NCBI GenBank assembly: GCA_964016885.1
Contig: OZ024745.1
Location: 60,512,001-60,576,000 of the forward strand
Origin: Eledone cirrhosa
Taxonomy: Eukaryota
Direction: 5' to 3'
Length of the DNA: 64,000 bases
The position numbers and the translations under genes are program-made. Below the pieces are notes generated by a model. The model did not search any database, was not told the DNA's origin, and saw nothing but the letters and a program-made list of their open reading frames with translations. Positions 26,087-38,048 of the stretch are shown here, one piece after another. Positions within the stretch are counted from its first letter, which is position 1. Each line of letters starts with the position of its first letter.

Positions 26087-27630
26087 CTTGTCTATATGTT
26101 TCCAGTGTAAGCTACTAGAATTTCTAATGGAAACCTGCCCAATATACCCAGATCCTAAAGAAATAACATTTGGCTATATTCTACCGTAAGAATTATGTTT
26201 GAATGACACTTCTAGCATATAATATTACTATAAATATGTTGTGTTGTCTACTCTAAAAATTCTGTATAGACTTCGATCAAACCCGAAGTTTAAGCTTTTC
26301 GTTGGTATGCTTACGTTTTTTCTGCTAAAATTTCGAAGAATAGTCATATCTGAAACATTCCTTTGTAAAATCATACATTTAAACGAGAATACAAGTCAGA
26401 TACAAAAGGTTTAATTGCAACTAACAAACAATTTTTCTATACCGATCCGCCATTTTCTCTTCTAACAGTTTTCAGTCGATAAAAATATTCTTTTTATATT
26501 TTGCTATAAAGTTGACATTATTTTTCCTAAATCACAAGACAATTGTATTGTTGATTATATTTCTCTAGTAAATGGTCACATAAAGTTGTTATTGTTTAGT
26601 TTAAATCAGTTTTATTGATTAGAAATCAAGTCTGTACACCACATACTGTAACAACACGGCTTCTTCGTTGAACTACTCTGTTCTAAGATGTGAGAATATT
26701 TTTCCTGTTATAATTTGATAAATTGTTTCAAAATGTATTTCCATTTTAATAAATAAGTTTTTCAATATTATTACACTTTGTATTTTTTATGTTGTTTCCA
26801 TTCGTAATATATGTAGTAGTGATTTACAATGAAAGAAAAATATTTATGATGTATTTTTCATATTTTGCTGACGTGAGAGAGACAACTATTTTTACAGAAT
26901 CTTTCCAAATATTTTCATCATACTTGTTATTAGTAAAATTATTTCAAATACTATATTTTGATGCATTATATTTGGGAGGTTCCTAGAAATAGTTAATTAT
27001 TATTATATTTATTATATATGTTTAAATTCGTGTATATATTTTCATTCCGAAAGAATTGTGAACAATTTCTAATGTTATTTAATGCAACTGTAAATAAAAT
27101 TTACATACATCTCTGACAACTGATTTAACTAGAATATAAACGTTAAAAAAATATATATATACTTAACTAAAGAATTTACCTAAGTTTCCAGAAACATTGT
27201 TTATTTTATTTCCAAACATATCTCATTCTCTATATTTTGGTTCGATACTCATCTTCTCCCGATCCAGCAATATCTCATGATAGATGTACACATAAATAAC
27301 ATTACAAATCGTTTGCTATTCTTTCAGAATGAAAATATAAACAGACCATATAAATAAATTTACAGCAGAATAACATAACAAATATGTTTTAAATATATAC
27401 ATAAATAACATTACAAATACTTCAATAACATTATAAATAGTTCCCGATTCATTCAGAATGATATATTCTTTTAATGTTACAATATTAAAGAAAATGTAAA
27501 GGAAGGGATGAACAACCGAGCCAACACCAGAGCAAAAGAGATCAACGTCGCGAGGAGTACTGGGCAACCTTTCTAGTGATTTTTTAGGCAAGCCAGCACA
27601 TCGCAACGTTGCTTCGGGTGATGTATATAA

Positions 27631-27664
<34 letters not shown>

Positions 27665-27668
27665 AGTA

Positions 27669-28575
27669 CTAGCAGTGGTACCCGGCGTTGCATGGGATAA
27701 GGTATTTTGGAACGCGGGCCATCAACAGACCTAATCGTGGAAAAACTGCATGCCTGGACAATATGTAAAGAAAATAAACCGAATATTCTGATGACTGGAT
27801 AATCTTTAAGATTTTCCTCGATGAAGCAGGAAAAATGCAGGTTTTCACCTAATGCGGGCCCTGGGGGATCAAGAAAATGAATATTATTTATGTGCATAAT
27901 ATGCCTTGAAATTTTGGGGAAAATCGGCTAGACGTAACGCCTCCAAAAAGCCCTAAGAAGCTGAACAAATGAAGTTTTTCACCTAATGCGGGCCCTAGGC
28001 CATAAGACAGTTGGATTTTCTTTGCTCGCGGTATGAAGAAGAGACTGGCTAATACATAGTTACAATTTCAAGAGAATCGGTCTGACGTAACGCCTCAAAA
28101 ACTCCCTAAAAATCTTTAAAAACGCAGTTTTTCACCCAATGTGGGCCCTAGCAGATAAAAAAAAGTTGAATTTTTTATGTGCATAAAACTCCCTGAAACA
28201 TAAGTAATACACATGTACAGTTTGAAAAAATCGGTTGGGTACTTCTCGAGTTTTAGGGATTCAAACTCACACACACACACATCCTCAGGGATGTGACGTA
28301 ATGCTACAGGCAGACATACAGACATATTATAAGGGCGCGACGTTATATGTATGTATCTATCTAAAAAGAGAAAGACTAGGAATTATAGTGCGAGATCGCT
28401 AAATCGCCTAATGCGGTCCCTAGGGCATTGACAATTTGAATTTTTTTTTAGAACAGTCCCTGAAACAAGGATTACATGTGTAAAGTTTGAAAACAGTCGG
28501 TTTGGTGGTTCTCGAGTTTTAGGGATTCGAACTCACACACATACAGACAGACATCCTCAGTTTTATATATATATA
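27669..28575 (-). mobile_element. Non-autonomous Helitron-like element
   Basis: Minus-strand 3' end has a CCCATGCAACGCCGGG hairpin followed by ...CTAG. The 5' end reads (TA)nAAACTGAGGATGTCTGTCTG; internal TTTTCACCTAATGCGGGCCCT repeats. Confidence 0.72.
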
Positions 28576-29775
28576 TATAAAGTATATATAGGAACGAGTA
28601 GGACCCCGACGGCTGAGCTCAAGTCGTTTCGACGGCTAATTCTGGACTAAATGAAAATGTTTATCCTGGTATATGATTCCATATATGGTAAAAGTGATTG
28701 TCACAAGGATTGGTCAAAAGTTTGTTGTTGAGACACATAATTCTATCATGGCAATTTGCAGAAGGAAGGGGTAGCTGAACCTGCCAGTAGAATAAAGAGG
28801 GAGAGGGAGTGGAGGAAACCCAGTCGTGCGTTGATAATGCCAACTACAGCATGGCAGGAGGTCAAGCAAGTATACTAGGGTGGGGGAGGAAGTCGAAACA
28901 ATAAGTAAATCAATATGGAGTAAATATATAGAAGAATACCAAGAATGTTAAAAATATAAAAAAACAATTTCTGGTTATTATTCCCTAACGACAGTCATCA
29001 AGTCTCTCATTGGTACTCCTAAACTATAGAAAAGTTTACTAGGTGGGACGGAATTGTAATGAGACCATTTTAAGAGTTAGTAGTAATCAACTGAATATAT
29101 CTTACGGTGGCAGGTCAACAAGTGGGGGGCCAAAATACTAAAGAAACTACCACAAAATAATAATTCAGAGTCCCGAAACTAATACGAAATAATTGTTTCC
29201 ACCCCAGGCACAAGGCCAGCAACCACCCAGTGCAAAAAATAAACTAATACGAAATAATAATTCAGAATCCCGAAAATGAATACTAATACTATCTCTAAGG
29301 GTGCCGCTACGATACAAAAATTCTAGTGCAAACTACATAAATGCTTGTACAAAGTATATGAAAAATTTGATACGGAAAATTAATTCAGAATCCCCACCCC
29401 CCACCCACGCCTCAAAAAATAAATAAATACTGATATACGAGAAATTAAAGCAGAGATACCACTAAGAAATGTAGAAAGCACGGAAATGGGGCAGCCATCG
29501 GATAAGAAAGCAAGTATCTGGGGTCTATCACATCTGCTATAAAAAGCGGAGTCGGCCAATTCTATCATAGAATAGGGGATGGGGGTGGGGGTACTGAGGC
29601 TACAAAGGACCCAGGGGCTGCCTCGGGTGGGCGAGAAAGTGAAAAGGATGACGACAAAGAAGGAGGACTGGGGTGGAAGGACTAGGAAGTGATGGGGGGA
29701 AGGAAATATAAAGGAAAAGATTTAAAAGATCTTACATCTACTCGGCAAGTGGGGTGTTACAGCCCCTGTCTACCC

Positions 29776-31015
29776 CTACCCCCCCCCCGGGTCATTATGG
29801 GGTTTGAGGGTGAGGTAAGTCCTACGCAATCTGTGTTTGCATGCAGTTACCAGTTCGTCTTTCTTGTTTAGGAGTTGGTCCGTCGAAAACAGCATTTGTA
29901 AAGTTTCCTCCGAGCATAAATTCCACGGACGGCGTCCTCCCGTGTAAGAGTTGGCTCTGGACAGTAAGCTCCAAGTGAGATCATAGGTAATATTGTTATC
30001 TTTGAGGTCCCAGATGTGGTCCGAAAGTGTGGTGGCGTGACTCCGGGCCGGGTTTCGGAAAGTATGTCTGTGTTGGTATAGCCAGGTCTTGAAGTCACAT
30101 GCGGTTAATCCTATATAAGCTTTGTTGGAGGTGTCCGTCCTCACGTTGCACTGGTAAATCACATTACGATCTCTGCATCTGTTGTCGAGGGGGAAAATGG
30201 ATCCATCAGGACAGTTGCACCTCCTGGTCGGCTCTCCACTGCTATTTAGGTTATTTCTTCCATAGGGGTTGAGTTTTTTGTTGTTAGAGGAGACGATGTT
30301 TTGTGCAAAGTTTGGTGTGGTGCTGTAGGAGAGTTTGGTGGGATTTTTGTTGATTATGTTGTGGTAGCGGTGTTGTAGTGGGAAGTGTTTTTCGATGAGC
30401 CTAAAGAAGATTTTCCCGATAGGAGTTGTCACCTCGGCGTTGTGGGGAGGATTGAACCATGTTACATTGCGTGAACGGCGGTGTCGTCTGCTGGTTCTGC
30501 TAATGGAAGCTGCATGGTAGGATATTTCCTCCCGGAAACCACTCCGCTTGAGGGCTTGGTTGTAATAAGGCGCATGTTCCTCGAATATCTGCTCATTAGC
30601 GGACAAACGAGATATGCGGAGGGAGATGTTTTTAACCAGGTTATTGGTGATGTTCCTAAGATGGTTTGACCAGCGGTGGATGTAGTACAGATTGTTGTTG
30701 GGTTTCCTGTATGGGTAGTACAGATTATTATCGAGGTCAAGGGTAACATCCAGGAAGTTAACTCGGGTCAGGGACGTTTGTAGGGTTATTTTAAATCCCC
30801 AGTCATGGAAGAAGCTGATTAATTGTTTACGGACCCGGTCTGTACTACTGGGGTTGTACCCTTTAAGGGTAAGGAGCCCATCATCACAGTACAATCCACC
30901 GCCGAATGCAGGAAACATATCGGTGAGTTTAACTAGTAGGAATAATCCTATAAGATCTGTGACCTCAGCCGAATCTGTCGCGCCTGTGCTGACGTCGAAG
31001 GGTGAGTCGGGAGCT
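29776..31015 (-). CDS. PLE RT/GIY-YIG protein, partial and degenerate (YCDD)
   Basis: ORF 29776-30918; the frame extends upstream as FDVSTGATDSAEVTDLIG. Confidence 0.8.
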
Positions 31016-31260
31016 CTCTTTATCCATTACTTATTGTTTCGACTTCCTCCCCCTCCCCTCCCTAGTATATTTGCTTGACCTCCTGCCCTGCTGTAGTTGG
31101 CACTATCAACGCACGACTGGGTTTCCTTCACTCCCTCTCTTTCTTCTACTGGCAGGTTCAGCTACCCCTTCCTTCCACAAATTGCCATGATAGAATTGTG
31201 TGTCTCAACAACAAACTTTTGACCAATCCTTGTGACAATCACTTTTACCATATATGGAAT

Positions 31261-31357
31261 TACCCCCTGAGAAGCTCAGCTATTCATATACCAGGATAAA
31301 CATTTTCATTTAGTCCAGAATTAGCCGTCGAAACGGCTTGAACTCAGCCGTCAGGGT
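31261..31357 (+). ncRNA. Hammerhead-like fold in PLE terminal repeat (C3/A8 mismatch)
   Basis: CCCC-CTGAGAA-...-GAA-ACGGCT tgaactc AGCCGT-C-AGGG (GGGG in other copies). Confidence 0.5.
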
Positions 31358-31481
31358 CCTACTCGTTCCTGTTACCCACTCTACTACCCTAAGTATTGAG
31401 TACTTTGGTGCATTATGGTCCACCTGGTTCCTTACCACATTTCCTTCGTTATAAAGTATATATATATATATATATATAAAG

Positions 31482-31513
<32 letters not shown>

Positions 31514-32339
31514 AATAAATATATATATATATATTTATGTAAATAAATAAATATATGTATGTATATACATATACAACATAAATAATCAAATTGTGTTTAA
31601 AACATTTAATAGCTTACGATCGTTTCATCCAGATATGTCTGGAATCATTGGAGTATATAAAGGTTAAAACAAATTTATTCCTCTTCACTTGAATATTTAG
31701 CAGGATACATTATAGGTGAGAAGACTAAGTATAAGTATTAACATCAATATATTACAGAGTAAGAGCATAAAAATAGAACAGACATAAAAATAGTAATGAA
31801 AAATTATAATAGTGCTATAATATAAATAATTGGAGGTATAGGTTATATATAAGGGTATGGTTATTAATTATAGCAAAAATTATGACAAGACTATTATAGC
31901 AAAAATATCAATTACGATAGAGTACGTGCAATATGTGTAATGTAAGCAGAATGGTATAATGAAAGCATATATTGTAGGTATTAAAAATTTATAAATGTCA
32001 GAGGATATATTGATTTTAGGCAAAAGGTTTTATAATATTAGTCATAATATCCATGCAATAGAATATATAGCCCATACATACAAAGCCAAAAAGCATAGAG
32101 TACAGAAATATAGAGTTTGAAAACATAGTCCAAAAATATAGAGCTTAAGAAGCTTTTCATTAAGGTAACAATGTAAGTACCAATCCAATGTTAGTGTGGC
32201 TGTCATAAAAAATGTTTTAATTCTATAAATACAATCAATACTGTCACCTCCATTCAGTAAACGACATCGAGTGACTATAGGTAGTTAAGACAATTGATGC
32301 TCGACATATCATGCTCATACAGAACCGATTTTGGCTTGG

Positions 32340-32590
32340 TTTCTATAGCCGGATGCCTTTGCTAGCGCTAACCTCATTTATAGTGAGTACTGGGTGCTTT
32401 TTGCCATGACACCTACACGACCACTATACAGTGTGGACTGGGTACTTTTTTCCGTGACACCTACACGACCAATATACAGTGAGGACTGGGTACTTTTTTC
32501 CATGACACCTACACGACCAATTTACAGTGTGTACTGGGCGCTTTTTGCCGTGTCACCATCATGACCACTTTTCAGTGTGGGCTGGAAGTT
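32340..32590. repeat. ~42-bp tandem repeat of RTE/SINE UTR motif
   Basis: Repeated GACACCTACACGACCA-TATACAGTG-GGACTGGGTACTTTTT. Confidence 0.8.
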
Positions 32591-32894
32591 TCACTGGATG
32601 TATACTTCAGCTTGTCCTCGTGAGAGATGTGTATATATATATATATATATACATACATATATATAGGAACGAGTAGGACCCCGACGGCTGAGCTCAAGTT
32701 GTTTCGACGGCTAATTCTGGACAAGAATGTACAGAATTAGCCGTCGAAACAGCTTGAGCTCAGCCGTCGGGGTCCTACTCGTTCCTATTACCCACTCTAC
32801 TACCCTAAGTTGTGAGTACTTTGGTGCGTTATGGTCCATCTGGTTCCTTACCACATTTCCTTCGTTATACATATATATATATATATATATCCCC

Positions 32895-33745
32895 AAAATT
32901 TAGTTAAATTAAGGGAGTCATGTGCGAGACATGCGCCATATCCACCGTAGAATAAGCTCAAAGATTCCAATGAATAGATCCAAGCATTTTATATCAACTA
33001 GAATTGATGGACATATATATATATATTTAAAATAAACATATGAAACAATCACAGGGGATAATTTGTACAATGTGTAAGCACTCATAGCTAGGTAGGTAAC
33101 TAATTAAAGTTTAACTAGAACTTCAAATATTACCTTTTAAAAATGATAAATCTTCCTTGTATATATTTCATTAAAGAAATATATTTCACCAATTAATCCG
33201 TAAACTCACAGTAGTCAAATGCCGGATCTTCAGCAAGGAGAAGATTCAACGGTGGATATGGCACATGTCTTGGACATGACTCCCTTAATTTAACTAAATT
33301 TTGGATATATACACGGCCCCTTAATTGTAGAGCTAACTCAGTTGAAAGGATTCGGCTATTTCCAGCTGTCGATAACCCTATTCACGCCACTGGGGTGACG
33401 CTGGTACTATGTGTGTAGATTTAGGGATGCAACATGTGCGACCGGTCATTCGCAGATTTGCATTTGATATGCAAACGCAGATAGTTGAATCTTCTCCTTG
33501 CTGAAGATCCAAGATTTGACTACTGTGAGTTTACGGATTAATTGGTGAAATGTATTTCTATAATGAAATATATACAAGGAAGATTAATCATTTTTAAAAG
33601 GTAATATTTGAAGTTCTAGTTAAACTTTAATTAGTTACCTACCTAGCTGTGTGTGCTTACACATTGTACAAATTATACCCTGTGATTGTTTCATATGTTT
33701 ATTTTAAATATATATATATATGTCAACCAATTTCTAGTTGATATA
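32895..33745. mobile_element. Nested fold-back hammerhead element
   Basis: 32895-32948 is inverted to 33249-33304, and 32993-33250 is inverted to 33484-33743. Confidence 0.8.
33488..33585 (+). ncRNA. Type I hammerhead with long stem II (inverted copy at 33149-33246)
   Basis: AATCTTCTCCTTG-CTGAAGA-TCC...GGA...-GAA-ATATAT-A-CAAGGAAGATT. Confidence 0.65.
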
Positions 33746-33750
33746 TATTA

Positions 33751-33791
<41 letters not shown>

Positions 33792-33793
33792 TG

Positions 33794-33831
<38 letters not shown>

Positions 33832-33833
33832 TG

Positions 33834-33864
<31 letters not shown>

Positions 33865-33869
33865 TAATG

Positions 33870-33900
<31 letters not shown>

Positions 33901-33912
33901 TAATGTATGTAT

Positions 33913-34826
33913 ATATCATCATCATCATCATCATCACCGTTTTACGTCCGTTCTTCCACGCTAGCATGGGTTAGACGGGTTGTCCTGTTGTGGGCAGTGT
34001 CTGGTCGGCTGACCATGCCTTGCTCATACAGGAACTGATCTGGCTTGATTTCTACAGCTGGATGCCCTTCCTAACACCAACCTCATTTACAGTGAGTGCT
34101 GGGTGCTTTTTCGTGGCGCCTACACGTCCACTTTACAGTGTGGGCTGGGTGCTTTTTTGCCGTGGCACCTCCACGACCACCTTGCGGTGGGGGGGGGGGG
34201 GCATATTGTTTATATGCTTCAGCATGTACCCATGGGAGGTCGGGTACCCTGTATTACTGCGTGACGCCAGAAGTCACGGTCGTGTGTCATTGACTTTGAG
34301 AGGTGTAGTTGGGTAAGGTCGGCTTTTATCACCTCATCCCAAGTCATCTTGGGTCTCCCCACTCCGCGGTTTCCATCAACTTCTAGTGCTCTGCACCTTT
34401 TTATGCAGCTGTCATCCTTCATACGCATCACATGTCCATACCAGCGTAACCGCCTCTCCTGCACGCAGCATTTGATTCCTCTTATGCTCAGTCTCTCTCT
34501 CAATTCATTTATGCTTTGTCGTTCACGTATATTACTGTTACACATCCATCGGAGCATGCAGGCTTCGTTTCTCTCTAATCTACGTAAGTCTTCCACCTTC
34601 AGCGCCCAGGTCTCACTACCATGCAACATCGCTGTTCGGATACACGCATCATACAGTCTGCCTTTCATTCTGAGGGAGAAGCCTTTTGCAGCTAGCAGTG
34701 GTAGTAGTTCCCTAAACTTCTTCCATCCCGTTCTTACCCTAGTTATTGTACTTTCTGAGCACCCACCTCCGTTGCTAATTCGGTCACCTAGGTAGCAGAA
34801 GCTGTCTACTGTTTCTACAGGGCCCT
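33913..34826 (-). mobile_element. RTE LINE 3' part
   Basis: ORF 34219-34668 (MLHGSETW...RRLRWYGHV) and (GAT)n tail. Confidence 0.9.
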
Positions 34827-34875
34827 ATATATATATATATTAATGTATGTATATATATATATATATATATTAATG

Positions 34876-34913
<38 letters not shown>

Positions 34914-35032
34914 TGTATGTATATATATATATATATATAAATGTATGTATATATATATATATATATATATTAATGTATGTATATATATATATATATATAT
35001 TAATGTATGTATATATATATATATATATATTA

Positions 35033-35116
<84 letters not shown>

Positions 35117-35200
35117 AAAGTTATATTTAAATTGTTGGGTTACAACTAGTAAATATTTATAACTGATATAAAAGCACTCGACAAGTATTTGGAGTATATT

Positions 35201-35568
35201 TACAATATTAAATAAATGGAAACTATATTTATAAAACCATATTTATTTCATTATATATATTTCAGGGATATCATATTAACAATATGCTATGCCTTCCTCA
35301 GACAAAATACAATATAAACAGTTTTATAGATAAATAGATTCGACATACCGTAACAACATCGACTTGTATTTGAAAAGACTGCCAAATCAACCTTTTCAAA
35401 TACAAGTCGATGTTGTTACGGTATGTCGAATCTATTTATCTATAAAACTGTTTATATTGTATTTTGTCTGAGGAAGGCATAGCATATTGTTAATATGATA
35501 TCCCTGAAATATATATAATGAAATAAATATGGTTTTATAAATATAGTTTCCATTTATTTAATATTGTA
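35201..35568. repeat. ~177-bp near-perfect fold-back with 14-nt loop
   Basis: Arms 35201-35377 and 35392-35568. Confidence 0.92.
35460..35525 (+). ncRNA. Type I hammerhead (inverted copy at 35244-35309)
   Basis: TATTTTGT-CTGAGGA-AGG...CATATT gtt AATATG...CCT-GAA-ATATATAT-A-ATGAAATA. Confidence 0.7.
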
Positions 35569-35613
35569 TATATATATATATATATTAATGTATATATATA
35601 TATATATATATTA

Positions 35614-35712
<99 letters not shown>

Positions 35713-35939
35713 GTATATTTATATATATATATTGATGTATATATATATACATATATATTAATGTATATATATACATATATATTAATGTATATATATATAT
35801 ATACATATATATTAATGTATATATATATATACATATATATTAATGTATATATATATATATATATATTAATGTATATATATACATATATATTAATGTATAT
35901 ATATACATATATATTAATGTATATATATATATATTAATG

Positions 35940-36039
<100 letters not shown>

Positions 36040-36044
36040 TGTAT

Positions 36045-36442
36045 GTAAATATCCTTAAGTCGTTTGGAAACCTCGACAATGCAAATGGGTAAATCTCCGG
36101 GTAACAAGATCCGGTGGTGGAGAGAGAGTTGTAAGTGGGTGTACGTTGAGATGCGTGGCGTGTATAAGACGTGTAGAGGAATGAAGGAGAGAGTATAAAG
36201 GATAAAATAAAAATAACAACACGAGAGAGAGTTACCTTGGGAGAGATTTAATAGTCCCTACATATTTCGGATTCACATCCATCAACTGGGGTTTTTTTCC
36301 GCACATTCTTCTACACATCTTATACACGCCACGCATCTCAACGTACACCCACTTACATCTCTCTCTCCACCACCGGATCTTGTTACCCGGAGATTTACCC
36401 ATTTGCATTGTCGAGGCTTCCAAACGACTTAAAGATATTTAC
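36045..36442. repeat. ~140-bp inverted repeat pair in TA array
   Basis: 36045-36183 is the reverse complement of 36304-36442. Confidence 0.88.
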
Positions 36443-36490
36443 TTATTATTCCACAATGCTTCAAGCAAACTTCAATACTCCCTTATATTA

Positions 36491-36545
<55 letters not shown>

Positions 36546-36585
36546 TGTATATATATATATATTAATGTATATATATATATATACA

Positions 36586-36640
<55 letters not shown>

Positions 36641-36660
36641 TAATATATATATATATATAT

Positions 36661-37466
36661 GCAGGTTGTACGATGCCTGCATACGAACAGCAATGTTGCA
36701 TGGCAGTGAGACCTGGGCATTGTGTGCAGAGGATATACGCAGACTAGAGAGGAACGAAGCTTGCATGCTCCGCTGGATGTGTAACAGTAATATACGTGAA
36801 CGGCAAAGCATAAACGAACTAAGGAAAAAATTAGAGATAAGAGGGATCAGATGTTGTTTACTCGAGAGAAGGCTACGTTGGTATGGACACGTGATGCGCA
36901 TGAAAGTCGATAGCTGTATAACAAAGTGCAGGGCAATAAAGATAGATGGTAGCCACGGAATAGGCAGACCTAGAAAAACCTGGGACGAGCTGATAAACTC
37001 CGACCTCACACACTTACACCTCTCCAAGACAATGTCACTGGACCGAGACCTTTGGCGGTACTCAGTAACAGAGAAGACCCGCCTTACCTAAATATATAGT
37101 AAAACCTACTCCAGCCAGTAGGCATCTCTAACAAAATACACCCCGTCCCACCACCACCACCCCGTTCTATGTAAAGTTATGTTGGTGCCGCGCCATCCAG
37201 GCCGAAACAAATGAGATCGTGTAGGTGTCACGACAAAACAACACACAGTCCACGCTGTAATGTGGCCGTGTAGGCAACACGGTAAAAACCTCCCAGACCC
37301 ACACTGTAAATGTGGTTGGTGTTAGGAAGGGCATCCAACTGTAGAAAACTTGCCAGACGGTCCTATGCGAGCAAGACAATCACTCTTGCCTCAAGTGGGA
37401 CTACCCCCGTCCTAACCCATGCAAGCGTGGAACACGGACGTTAAACGTTGATGATGATGATGATGA
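36661..37466 (+). mobile_element. RTE LINE 3' part
   Basis: ORF 36666-37091 and (GAT)n tail. Confidence 0.9.
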
Positions 37467-37619
37467 TATATTAATGAGGACCGAGTAAGTTAGATCGCAG
37501 ATATATATATATAAAAGACAGCGAGAAGCGAAAACCAACCAAACAGTGAGTGTGTTCTGTTATTAATTCTGGCAATATTACGCAAATATGACCCTCCCCA
37601 AATATAACAATATATATAA

Positions 37620-37664
<45 letters not shown>

Positions 37665-37671
<7 letters not shown>

Positions 37672-38013
37672 TTATATACACACATATATATGAATCTTGG
37701 GTAATAAGCAAAAGAATACGATCGCAAATACAAGCAGCCAAAATGGGTTTCCTCGGAAGGGTCTTTGGAGTAAGGTTACCCCATCAAGTGCATGACTCAG
37801 AGATCAGAGAGTCCCTCCGGGTAGAGCCACTACTTCTCCTAATTTAAAGATCACAGCTCTGATACTATTGCTGGTACTCATTTTCAGCTGAGTATACTGG
37901 AGAAACGTGAAATGAAGTGTTTTGCTCAAGAACATAATATGTACTCCAGGAATTGCACCCACGATGTTATGATCGTAAGTCCAACACCCTTACCACTAGG
38001 CACATGCTTCCAC

Positions 38014-38048
<35 letters not shown>

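Larger units (their letters stand above)
28590..31452 (-). mobile_element. Penelope-like element (Naiad-type), 5'-truncated, with inverted terminal repeat
   Basis: RT C-terminal part + CNC linker + GIY-YIG (VIYQC...AYIG); 28590-28905 is an inverted copy of 31030-31370. Confidence 0.88.

Noticed and set aside
31608-31657. Minus-strand hammerhead-like fold (CCAATGA...GAAACGATCGTA)
   Set aside because: Two core substitutions and a poor stem I; at best a decayed copy.
32340-32590. CRISPR-like array
   Set aside because: Plain tandem repeats without unique spacers, in a eukaryotic context with no cas genes.
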